Part shown: positions 28,463-35,990 of the stretch, one piece after another
Numbering within the stretch: the first letter of the stretch is position 1
Layout of the letters: the number at the start of each line of letters is the position of its first letter
DNA from: a virus
Taxonomy: Duplodnaviria; Caudoviricetes
IMG/VR virus record: IMGVR_UViG_3300038674_000163
Location: 1 to 36,172 of that record
Direction: 5' to 3' (one strand)
Length of the DNA stretch: 36,172 nucleotides
Notes under the pieces: generated by a model
Told to the model about the DNA's origin: nothing
Seen by the model: the letters and a program-made list of their open reading frames with translations, nothing else
The model's database searches: none
Position numbers and translations under genes: made by a program

Positions 28463-29008
28463 TTAATCTGCGAAATCTTGTTCCGCTGTAGTGAAGCCGC
28501 CGAGAGGTTCGCCATCTTCGAGTTTCTGCAGATTGTTAAGACCAGCACTTATTCCCTTGTTACCATTATTGTTGAACGCAAAGAAGTTAATACTTGCTCT
28601 GCCATAACAACCGCTGTAAAATTCTACGGGATTTATGATGGGGTTAAGTTCTGCGTCTACGATTTGAGGCTGATTTTTAGACGACACGTTGAGAATATAA
28701 TGACCTGCTGCATAAGGCCAAATGTCAGCGAAAAGTTCGCCATCCTGATTCGTGTCTTTATCAGCGTCTTTGAGCGTGGTCTTGAGAACCGCCGGCAGTT
28801 TTCCACCGAATTTTGTTGCAAGACCTTTTTGTGCAGCTGCGTCAATGGCCTTTTTTATGCGGCCGATGGTCGCGACGTCTGTCTTGGGGATGAGCAGCAT
28901 AACCGAGTATTTCGGAGTCTGCCCTTCGCCAAAAGTTCTGGCTTCGAAAACGTTTACGAAACTGAAGCGAACTTTGCCTGTTACTACTTTAGTGTTACGA
29001 GTTTCCAT
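28463..29008 (-). CDS. ssb: Single-stranded DNA-binding protein, DUF2815 (T7 gp2.5-like)
   Basis: TKVVTGKVRFSFVNVFE, KYSVMLLIPK, FYSGCYGRASINF, GNKGISAGLNNLQKLEDGEPLGG, acidic/aromatic tail. Confidence 0.93.
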   Translation of the reverse strand: METRNTKVVTGKVRFSFVNVFEARTFGEGQTPKYSVMLLIPKTDVATIGRIKKAIDAAAQKGLATKFGGKLPAVLKTTLKDADKDTNQDGELFADIWPYAAGHYILNVSSKNQPQIVDAELNPIINPVEFYSGCYGRASINFFAFNNNGNKGISAGLNNLQKLEDGEPLGGFTTAEQDFAD

Positions 29009-29028
29009 GATAATGTCTCCTTTGACTG

Positions 29029-30261
29029 TTATTCTTCTTCGATAGGTGTATCAAAATCGTTCCGCGCGATTTCGATGGTGCTAACCTCGGGTCTCCTATC
29101 AGTATCCGGGGCTAATGTCAGCTTACCCATTGGCTTTATAATATACTCTCCGCAGAGCTCATTGAATAGCCTTTTACCGACAATCTTTTCAAGATTCGTT
29201 ATACCTTGTATTTCCGGTGGCTTCATAATCTCGTTTTCTTTGAGACCCACACTGAGTAATACCTCTTTTACTTTTTGTGCGTCGGTAATGATTCTATTGC
29301 TTCTGCCTTCGACTAATTTATAGCCGGGTATTTTAACGCCACGCATTAACTGACCTAATGCGTACGCCTGAACATCCTTAAACCATTCTATGAACATAGG
29401 TGCAATCTGAAGTATATTACTTATTTGCTCTACGCTCATATTTTGTACGAGATTCGCTCTATTGTCGACAATCTCGAACTCTTTCTGTGCGACCTCTAAT
29501 TGTAGGTCTGCTCTTGCTTTACATTTACCTTTTAATTTACAGAAACGACATGCACTTTCTGTAGGTTGTAATTTACCTTCACCTTTAATTGCGAGCTCTG
29601 CTCTAGGCTTTACATAATGATAAGCCCACATGATTAAGTCTTTTACCATTACGCAATCTGTGTCTATATTATCAATTCTAGGTTGATAAATTGTCATAAA
29701 TATTTTTTCAACATTCATGTCATAGAAAAATTCTCTACATACACCGAAGGCATATAATTTAAGCTGAGGATTATCTTTTGCCGTTACAGGCACGCCTTGA
29801 CCGAATTTCAGGTCTATGATATGTGCACAACCTGTAACTCTATTTACAAGAATAGCGTCTGCTGTACCAAAACCTTCAGGTACAATATTTGAGAAATCTA
29901 CTCTGACTTCAAACGCAACTTCTGTGTCTTCTCCGAGTTCATCAGACTTTTGTTTTACAAAGGAAACATAACCGTCTACGTATTCCTCAAACTCTTTATT
30001 GAAATATATAGAGGTTTCAGGATTTTTCATAAACTCTTCAAGTTTCTGTTCGTATTCTTCTTTTTGTATCTGATTGAACATATATGAGAGTTTGATATCT
30101 GCTAGAGCATGAGCGGCGATTCCTTCAGCTGCATATACACTACACTCATCAAGATGCTCTTCTCTTTCAAGTACTGCAGATGGTGTGCACGTTAACCATC
30201 TGTGTGCAGTAGAAGCACTCAATAAAGCATGCTTCTTTTCTGTCTGTCCTACATTGTTCAT
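29029..30261 (-). CDS. DUF2800 family Cas4-like PD-(D/E)xK exonuclease
   Basis: HALLSASTAHRWLTCTPS, FGTADAI, IIDLKFGQG, NPQLKLYA, CRFCK....C, GYKLVEGRSNR. Confidence 0.92.
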   Translation of the reverse strand: MNNVGQTEKKHALLSASTAHRWLTCTPSAVLEREEHLDECSVYAAEGIAAHALADIKLSYMFNQIQKEEYEQKLEEFMKNPETSIYFNKEFEEYVDGYVSFVKQKSDELGEDTEVAFEVRVDFSNIVPEGFGTADAILVNRVTGCAHIIDLKFGQGVPVTAKDNPQLKLYAFGVCREFFYDMNVEKIFMTIYQPRIDNIDTDCVMVKDLIMWAYHYVKPRAELAIKGEGKLQPTESACRFCKLKGKCKARADLQLEVAQKEFEIVDNRANLVQNMSVEQISNILQIAPMFIEWFKDVQAYALGQLMRGVKIPGYKLVEGRSNRIITDAQKVKEVLLSVGLKENEIMKPPEIQGITNLEKIVGKRLFNELCGEYIIKPMGKLTLAPDTDRRPEVSTIEIARNDFDTPIEEE

Positions 30262-30656
30262 AGTAAATCCTCCAACGACACGTTATTTCTTTTTAGTCCG
30301 ATTTTTAATTTTCTGATTGCCTGCTTCTCAATCTGTCTTATCCGTTCACGTGTTACGCCAAAATTCTCACCTATTTGTTCTAATGTCATAGGTCTATTAT
30401 TATCTATACCATATCGCATTGTTATTACAAGCTCTTCTCTTGGTGATAATATTTTTTTAATATATTCGTGTAATATTCTTTGACTTTCTTTTGCCATTAC
30501 GACTTCTTCCGGTGTAGGCGCAGGGTCTTTTATGAATTCTCCAAACTCTGACTCTTTTTCACCATCCTCTGAAATTACTTTACTCTCCAGAGATATAGGT
30601 TCTTGAGCCATTATTTGAAGATACTCTATATCTTTAGCTGTTAACTTTTTCTTCAT
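30258..30656 (-). CDS. Truncated sigma-70-family protein: region 3.2 and region 4 only (132 aa)
   Basis: AQEPISLE...FGEFIKD (3.2) and LSPREELVITMRYG...TLEQIGENFGVTRERIRQIE (region 4 HTH, SigA-like); region 2 is absent. Confidence 0.88.
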   Translation of the reverse strand: MKKKLTAKDIEYLQIMAQEPISLESKVISEDGEKESEFGEFIKDPAPTPEEVVMAKESQRILHEYIKKILSPREELVITMRYGIDNNRPMTLEQIGENFGVTRERIRQIEKQAIRKLKIGLKRNNVSLEDLL

Positions 30657-30970
30657 CGGCTTCTCCTTTTGCGCATTTCAAGAATAGTAATTAGAGCATA
30701 ATTAGCCAAGTCTAACAGAGTATCTTCTATGCTTTCATCTACTACTCTATTCTTCTGCGCCTTTCCGAGTAGATTATCGAGCCGTCCCAATTTATCGTGC
30801 ATACGTATCAACATAGATACAGGACCGAATTTGTTATAGGTTTCGGTGGTCGTTTGACCGTAATCTCTACGTTTTCTTGCAAACGTTGCACTCATCTGTT
30901 TTGTAAGTCCATTGAACAAAGATATTTCTTCTTTGATACTTAAGTTGACACCTTTAATCTGTTTCTTCAT
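30653..30970 (-). CDS. DUF1599 / nucleotide-modification-associated domain 1 protein
   Basis: RKRRDYG, IRMHDKLGRL, DESIEDTLLDLANYALI; GAGGT RBS favours ATG 30970. Confidence 0.85.
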   Translation of the reverse strand: MKKQIKGVNLSIKEEISLFNGLTKQMSATFARKRRDYGQTTTETYNKFGPVSMLIRMHDKLGRLDNLLGKAQKNRVVDESIEDTLLDLANYALITILEMRKRRSR

Positions 30971-30980
30971 ATATTTTACC

Positions 30981-31391
30981 TCACTTTCCTGTACTTCCAA
31001 AAGCGCCTTCACCTCTTGTTTCCCCCAAGTCCTCTACAAATATAGGATACTGACATGGATATACTTCTATATAACCGAGTCTGTCTCCTTTTTCCCACGT
31101 GTATGTATCATTACTTATATTGTGTAGTATCATAGAGATTTCACCTGTATAACCTGCATCAATTGCACAACCTTGAATGAAAAGACCTTTCCTTGCAATA
31201 CTTGTGCGTACCTGTAATCTTGCACTATGTCCATTTGGTACTTCTATACCAAAACCAAGAGGTACGACGATTGTTTGTCCCGGGCCCACGGTTCCTCCAT
31301 AGACCATCTTTATGTCTGCACCTGTATCAGATACGTGTTTTCTTATAGGTATCTCTACCTCTTTATTGAACCGTATGAATCGTATATGCAT
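30981..31391 (-). CDS. dut: Trimeric dUTPase (somewhat divergent)
   Basis: GADI, RTSIARKG, IDAGYTGEI, GDRLGY and RGEGAFGSTG. Confidence 0.9.
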   Translation of the reverse strand: MHIRFIRFNKEVEIPIRKHVSDTGADIKMVYGGTVGPGQTIVVPLGFGIEVPNGHSARLQVRTSIARKGLFIQGCAIDAGYTGEISMILHNISNDTYTWEKGDRLGYIEVYPCQYPIFVEDLGETRGEGAFGSTGK

Positions 31392-31392
31392 A

Positions 31393-31821
31393 TTATACCT
31401 CTGACGTTCTGACTAACTTTATTATTTTTATACCGGCATTGAGTAGAATTTCTAAACCTGTATCATCCCAGTAAGATTCCATAAACCATACCTCAACTAT
31501 ATTCGTACAGGCATTAACAATAAGAGAGGCACAGATAGCACACGGTTGCTTAGTACAAATAATAATTTTAGGTGTATTATCTATTATTCTGTTCTTTACA
31601 AGACAATTCATCTCTGCGTGCACACAAGAATATTTTTGTTTGCCATCACCTTTTGTACAAAGACAATCTTTGCCACCTTTGGGACCACCGTTTATACCTA
31701 TACTGTATATCTGCATTAAATCTTCTGATACCAATATAGCGGCGGTCTTTTTATCTGTACATTTTGATAACTCAGCTTGTTCAACACAGAAATCTATGAG
31801 CACACTTTTCTTGTCTTTCAT
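31393..31821 (-). CDS. dCMP deaminase family protein
   Basis: GINGGP, HAEMN and PCAIC zinc-deaminase motifs. Confidence 0.9.
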   Translation of the reverse strand: MKDKKSVLIDFCVEQAELSKCTDKKTAAILVSEDLMQIYSIGINGGPKGGKDCLCTKGDGKQKYSCVHAEMNCLVKNRIIDNTPKIIICTKQPCAICASLIVNACTNIVEVWFMESYWDDTGLEILLNAGIKIIKLVRTSEV

Positions 31822-32501
31822 AATTCAAACCTCTTGCCGCAGCAGAATTTACCTTCTTTACATTCACCTTTAACACACGGCGGTAACATACCTACTACAT
31901 ATTCAGGTCCACACTCTTTCTCAATGGCATTATATATAAGTCTCATAACGTGTTGTGTCTCTTTTGTATTACGATTACAAAGACGAAGACTTATTACATA
32001 TTGCCAAGCATCAAGATTGCCGCTGATGATGAGTGCTTTGCGTAGACCTTGAGGAAGTAGATAGCCTGCTTTATCTTTATCTACACCAAGAGTTAATAAT
32101 TTTGCATACTCATTTTCTATATTTCTATAGGCTTCTTTCATAAGCTTACCGTGGTTCTCTGATAAACCTTCTGGCAAAACAAAATTATCTTGTCTGTTCT
32201 CGTAGCTACTGTATTGTGTACTCGTAGATACGAATGTCAATCTAGTAGCATGTGTTCTTAATTGACTCACACATTTTGTAGACAGACCGGTTATTGCTAT
32301 TGTCAGATAGTTCATACGTTTTATCGTAGAATGAGGGAGTTTCAAAAGATACTCACTCGGAGGCGTATGTAAACTTTCTTCATATAACCGCTCTATGTCT
32401 GCCATAGAGTTTATCAGATGTCCACGTTGTGTAAGTCTTGCTAAAAATTTCGCCATACCGTTTAGATTATGGTCTAATATTTTTACTTCAATTTTGTCCA
32501 T
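31818..32501 (-). CDS. thyX: ThyX-like (flavin-dependent thymidylate synthase fold) protein with degenerate signature
   Basis: ITGLS....QL..H...S..Y, xYLLPQG, LRLC and a C-terminal PPC..G.C.EG..CCG as in Bacillota ThyX; GGAGG favours ATG 32501. Confidence 0.75.
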   Translation of the reverse strand: MDKIEVKILDHNLNGMAKFLARLTQRGHLINSMADIERLYEESLHTPPSEYLLKLPHSTIKRMNYLTIAITGLSTKCVSQLRTHATRLTFVSTSTQYSSYENRQDNFVLPEGLSENHGKLMKEAYRNIENEYAKLLTLGVDKDKAGYLLPQGLRKALIISGNLDAWQYVISLRLCNRNTKETQHVMRLIYNAIEKECGPEYVVGMLPPCVKGECKEGKFCCGKRFEL

Positions 32502-32745
32502 CTTTTGCCTCCGGAGGTAGAGGATATTTTGTGTTACATACTTCAAGCACATTCTTTAATTGCGCTTTTTCTTCTGGTCTTACAAGTTTAAGATTTATCT
32601 TTTCTACTTGTGCAACAGATAAACCAAATCTTGTGTCTACCAATACTATGTCACCTTCTTTTACATCAAGGTCACAATTATACGTAAAAGGTCCTGTAGT
32701 AAAGTACTTTGAGTATACATCTCTGAATCTTACTCTGATTATCAT
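32488..32745 (-). CDS. Hypothetical protein, SH3/KOW-like (85 aa)
   Basis: VKEGDIVLVDTRFGLSVAQV; overlaps both neighbours. Confidence 0.7.
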   Translation of the reverse strand: MIIRVRFRDVYSKYFTTGPFTYNCDLDVKEGDIVLVDTRFGLSVAQVEKINLKLVRPEEKAQLKNVLEVCNTKYPLPPEAKDGQN

Positions 32746-32996
32746 TTTTCACCGTCCTCTATAGGGGCATATTGTGGGTCATTATAATATTTATCTATGA
32801 GTTTGATGAAATCATCTTTACTCTCTAAATATTTGCCATCTTCAAGTAATCTCACGGTTACCATTACATTGAAAGCGATTTCTGCTACCGTCATACCTGG
32901 ATACGTGTATACTTGATAATGTTGGCCATCGCTTAATACACCATACTGTAGTATTTTACCATTTATCTCAATTTTCTCGTTAAATTTTTCTTCCAT
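32742..32996 (-). CDS. Hypothetical protein (84 aa)
   Basis: AAAGGA RBS favours ATG 32996; the upstream in-frame extension runs through the promoter. Confidence 0.7.
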   Translation of the reverse strand: MEEKFNEKIEINGKILQYGVLSDGQHYQVYTYPGMTVAEIAFNVMVTVRLLEDGKYLESKDDFIKLIDKYYNDPQYAPIEDGEK

Positions 32997-33032
32997 TATT
33001 GACCGTTCCTTTATAATTTTTTGGTATATTAT

Positions 33033-33072
33033 ATTATATCCAAAATTCTCAAAATTATTCATTTGAGAATTT
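33033..33072 (-). promoter_or_regulatory. Putative promoter with overlapping 11-bp inverted repeat (operator-like)
   Basis: On -: TGAATAA-N16-TATAAT (33061-33033); IR AAATTCTCAAA (33043-33053) / TTTGAGAATTT (33062-33072). Confidence 0.55.
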
Positions 33073-33210
33073 ATGAATTTGTGATAGCAATGATTTTAGC
33101 CTTTTATGGCAGTGGCTACTTGTTCAAACACTAAAATTGCTTATATTGAGATAGGATAATTCCGCCAATAATTGTTCTTTTGAATAACAACAATCTGTAC
33201 ATCTCACGGC

Positions 33211-33423
33211 TCATTCTCCTTCTTTCGGCGTTGAAATATATATGTCATACGCTCTTTTTTCAGCCTTGATGCGCGGTTCAAGCTCAGTGCGTATCTTATA
33301 TTTTAGGCTATCCACTTCATTCTCCAATTGCCTAAGTCGGCAATTCCTACATTCATCAAAACCCCAGCCAGTCCTATCCTTTCCTGTACATTTTCCATCT
33401 GTGCAAGGATTAAACATGCTCAT
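33211..33423 (-). CDS. Hypothetical Cys-rich protein (70 aa)
   Basis: C....C and CRNC followed by a coiled coil; AAGGAG upstream. Confidence 0.65.
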   Translation of the reverse strand: MSMFNPCTDGKCTGKDRTGWGFDECRNCRLRQLENEVDSLKYKIRTELEPRIKAEKRAYDIYISTPKEGE

Positions 33424-33475
33424 TCTCCTTCATATTGATTTGCTCTTCTGCTTCGTAAGCATCTATAAGCCACAT
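33410..33475 (-). pseudogene. 21-codon gene remnant (MWLIDAYEAEEQINMKENEHV)
   Basis: Strong GGAGG RBS and an MxLIDA start typical of small Bacillota phage proteins, but it ends almost immediately. Confidence 0.35.
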
Positions 33476-33476
33476 A

Positions 33477-33878
33477 CTATTCCTCCTTTACGGGCTGTTT
33501 GAGCCAATCAATCACGCCTTTTATACAAGTGTCATGGTCAAGCCCTTTGGTGGCACAATCATCCTGATAGGCACAATGCCCGTAACAATATTCAGAGCCA
33601 TTGCCGAGGTCGAAAATGTATTCAGCCAATTCCTCATCGCTCATGCTCCGTATGCGGTCGGCGTTGGTGGGGACATTTGTGTCGTTACCAGCTCGGCGGT
33701 TCCATGCGGCATCTGCTTCTTTCATACTCGGAAAGCTACGCGCAAATGTAGCTCCACAGTGATGGCACTTACGGACATAATGCGCTATAATTGCTGCGTC
33801 GTTGATATCTTTGACATATCGCGCTTCCATAAGTGCCTCTCTCCCGCAAAAAGGACACGGTAATAATGTGTTACTCAT
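33477..33878 (-). CDS. lar: Lar-family restriction alleviation protein fused to a TNADRIRSMSDEELA domain
   Basis: LLPCPFCG, CHHCGA and EADAAWNRRA; GGAGG favours ATG 33878. Confidence 0.75.
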   Translation of the reverse strand: MSNTLLPCPFCGREALMEARYVKDINDAAIIAHYVRKCHHCGATFARSFPSMKEADAAWNRRAGNDTNVPTNADRIRSMSDEELAEYIFDLGNGSEYCYGHCAYQDDCATKGLDHDTCIKGVIDWLKQPVKEE

Positions 33879-34267
33879 GGCTCTACCTCCATCTTGGCCC
33901 CACAGTTGGGGCAGTATTTGAACACTCCGTTCTCTATCCACCTGCCATTTTTATATCCAGAATAGAATAACTCCTCACTAAGATGAAAATTGCACACAGT
34001 ACACCAATAACTCATATCTAAATCATCGTCGTTGCCGTATAGTTTCCACTCCCCTCGCACCACCGGCAACGGCTTTTTGTCGAGCACCACCAGCCGCCCG
34101 TCACGCTCTGCGGCGCAGATTTCGCGGAGACGGTCAATGGAGATGCCCTCAATCCATTCGACATGGTGTCCGCAAGCGTCATGAAGTTCTTGCCAAGTGA
34201 CTCTACTGGAGTCTACTTCTTCGTGGCAATTTGTGCAGTACCAATATGCTATTTTGCTCACGCTCAT
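33875..34267 (-). CDS. Hypothetical Zn-ribbon protein (130 aa)
   Basis: CTNC...HDAC, RLREICAAERDGRLVVL, GEW...CTVC...YCPNCGAKM. Confidence 0.75.
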   Translation of the reverse strand: MSVSKIAYWYCTNCHEEVDSSRVTWQELHDACGHHVEWIEGISIDRLREICAAERDGRLVVLDKKPLPVVRGEWKLYGNDDDLDMSYWCTVCNFHLSEELFYSGYKNGRWIENGVFKYCPNCGAKMEVEP

Positions 34268-34566
34268 TCTTCTACATCCTCTACAATATCAGCTTTGATT
34301 AGTTTATTTAATGTGTCGTATGGGAAATATACCTTAAACGCTCCCCGTGCCGTCTTTGCCCATTTTAGAAAACATTCAATGCTACAAAACTCAAAATTAT
34401 CTATACACCAGCCATCTGATGAAAAATTTCTATTTGCGGTTATTACTGTTGACGGCAAATATCGCTTGTTGTTAGTGCTAATTTTATGTATTTCTTTGCC
34501 ACAAATATCACACATAATTTTTGTTAGCACTTTTGTTGTTCTTCGAACATGTTTGTATTCACGCAT
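34264..34566 (-). CDS. Hypothetical Zn-binding protein (100 aa)
   Basis: CDICGKEI...FCSIEC; overlaps both neighbours. Confidence 0.75.
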   Translation of the reverse strand: MREYKHVRRTTKVLTKIMCDICGKEIHKISTNNKRYLPSTVITANRNFSSDGWCIDNFEFCSIECFLKWAKTARGAFKVYFPYDTLNKLIKADIVEDVEE

Positions 34567-34799
34567 TATTCTATTACCTCCTGTTCAAATTTACCGAAAT
34601 TGCCGTTTATGTACATTTTGGTTGCCTTAAATTCGTTCTCGTCGTACACAAAAGCACAGTTAATGAATCCGTCTGCCGTTTTTGGGTGTACCACGCAAAA
34701 CTTGTTAACGGCTTCTTCCCAACTATCTGCGTGGACTACTGTCCAACCGCCCATAAATGGCTGCGTTTCGTTGCTACCAAACGTGAAGTAGTATTTCAC
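34566..34799 (-). CDS. Hypothetical phage protein (77 aa)
   Basis: GGAGGT RBS before GTG 34799; KYYFTFGS...GGW...INCAFVY. Confidence 0.7.
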   Translation of the reverse strand: MKYYFTFGSNETQPFMGGWTVVHADSWEEAVNKFCVVHPKTADGFINCAFVYDENEFKATKMYINGNFGKFEQEVIE

Positions 34800-34830
34800 T
34801 TTATTACCTCCTTTGCCCAATCGGGCGTTT

Positions 34831-35093
34831 CTACATATTGCCAACTGTGTCTTTATTCGTGTTGTTCTCCTTATGTTTAACCATAAACTTTGCGCATTTA
34901 TGGGTTTCTGGCGTGAGGAGGACAGTACAATTTGATAGATAACTACTATCCGTTATGTTGCCGTTTATCACAGTTAACCCTTCCAAATTGCTTGATTCGA
35001 CAATGTTCATGTTACAAAAAACAGGCTTGTTTTCTAGACCTAATTTTTTAGTAACTTCAAAAGTTTTTTAATATATTTGTATTTGTATTTCAT
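34831..35093 (-). pseudogene. Frameshifted or recoded small gene
   Basis: GGAGG plus ATG 35093 gives only 17 aa before TAG; the -1 frame entered at either A6 tract stays open to 34831. Confidence 0.45.
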
Positions 35094-35111
35094 TCTATTA
35101 CCTCCTCTATC

Positions 35112-35285
35112 TTAGTTTTCTTCAATGATGGCGTATATTTCTCTTCCTCCGGTGCCATCGGATTTAGGGAGGACTATTATTTGCACCGGATGCGTACAAG
35201 TGTTACAACAATATCCGTTTAAGTTATCTTCTGCGCTTTGGTCATTTTGACCATCTGCGAACCGTACAACCTGTCTATCTTTCAT
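35112..35285 (-). CDS. Hypothetical protein (57 aa; not in ORF track)
   Basis: AAAGGAG RBS; MKDRQVVRFADGQNDQSAEDNLNGYCCNTCTHPVQIIVLPKSDGTGGREIYAIIEEN. Confidence 0.6.
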   Translation of the reverse strand: MKDRQVVRFADGQNDQSAEDNLNGYCCNTCTHPVQIIVLPKSDGTGGREIYAIIEEN

Positions 35286-35354
35286 TCAGTATCACACTCC
35301 TTTAATCTAATTTTACGATGAACTTCCATTTGTACTTATCAATGCTTGTAATAA

Positions 35355-35636
35355 TCATTGTCTTTTCTTATGCAAGACTGCACAAATACCTCTATCATTC
35401 AACCCGTCAGCCGCCGCCTCTTTTCGTACATCGTCGTACTTGTCGATATGCCCACAAGGGTTGTTCCAAGCGTCGACGGCAAGAAAGCGACTCCCGTCGT
35501 ATGACCGACTGTTAAAAATCTGTCCGCGGGGTTGTCCACATACTGGACATACCCAACACAATTTGACATACATTCCGTATATGCCTTCGTGGTTGGCGTA
35601 AGCGGGAATGTATACTTGTTTTATTTCCTCTTTCAT
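35355..35636 (-). CDS. Hypothetical Zn-binding protein (93 aa)
   Basis: GGAGG before ATG 35636; WVCPVCG.PRG...W.NPCGHID. Confidence 0.7.
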   Translation of the reverse strand: MKEEIKQVYIPAYANHEGIYGMYVKLCWVCPVCGQPRGQIFNSRSYDGSRFLAVDAWNNPCGHIDKYDDVRKEAAADGLNDRGICAVLHKKRQ

Positions 35637-35699
35637 AATGCGCCTCCTTCGGGCGGATTGCTCACTGTTTACTCTCAAACTTAACCTTATTAAACCTCC

Positions 35700-35990
35700 T
35701 TAAAATGGTATTATTCCGAAATCTTTTTCATCGGCATTTTTTATTAATTGAAATAACTCGTATGTTACGATACAGTACACTTCTTTCAATGGCAGATAAG
35801 CTCCTAACTTCTCGGCAATCAGTTCGCTACACTCTTGCATTTCTGTTGTTGCTATTGCCAAACTTAGTCCTTTCATTGTATGTACCGCCAATAGTTCACC
35901 CTCGTTAATTTTCTTAATGTGTTTTGGCACTCTAAACAAATATTCTTTTGCATATTTTGTATCTTCGTGTTTTGCAAATACTGTTTTCAT
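35700..35990 (-). CDS. Hypothetical protein (96 aa), possible paralog of 32488-32745
   Basis: AAGGAGG RBS; INEGELLAVHTMKGLSLAIA. Confidence 0.7.
   Translation of the reverse strand: MKTVFAKHEDTKYAKEYLFRVPKHIKKINEGELLAVHTMKGLSLAIATTEMQECSELIAEKLGAYLPLKEVYCIVTYELFQLIKNADEKDFGIIPF

Noticed and set aside
29029-30261. Cas4-like protein as evidence of a CRISPR system
   Set aside because: It is the common replication-linked DUF2800 exonuclease next to SSB; no array or other cas genes are present.
33075-33214. Short ORFs (21-29 codons) after the 70-aa gene
   Set aside because: Competing short frames with no recognisable motif; cannot support a call.
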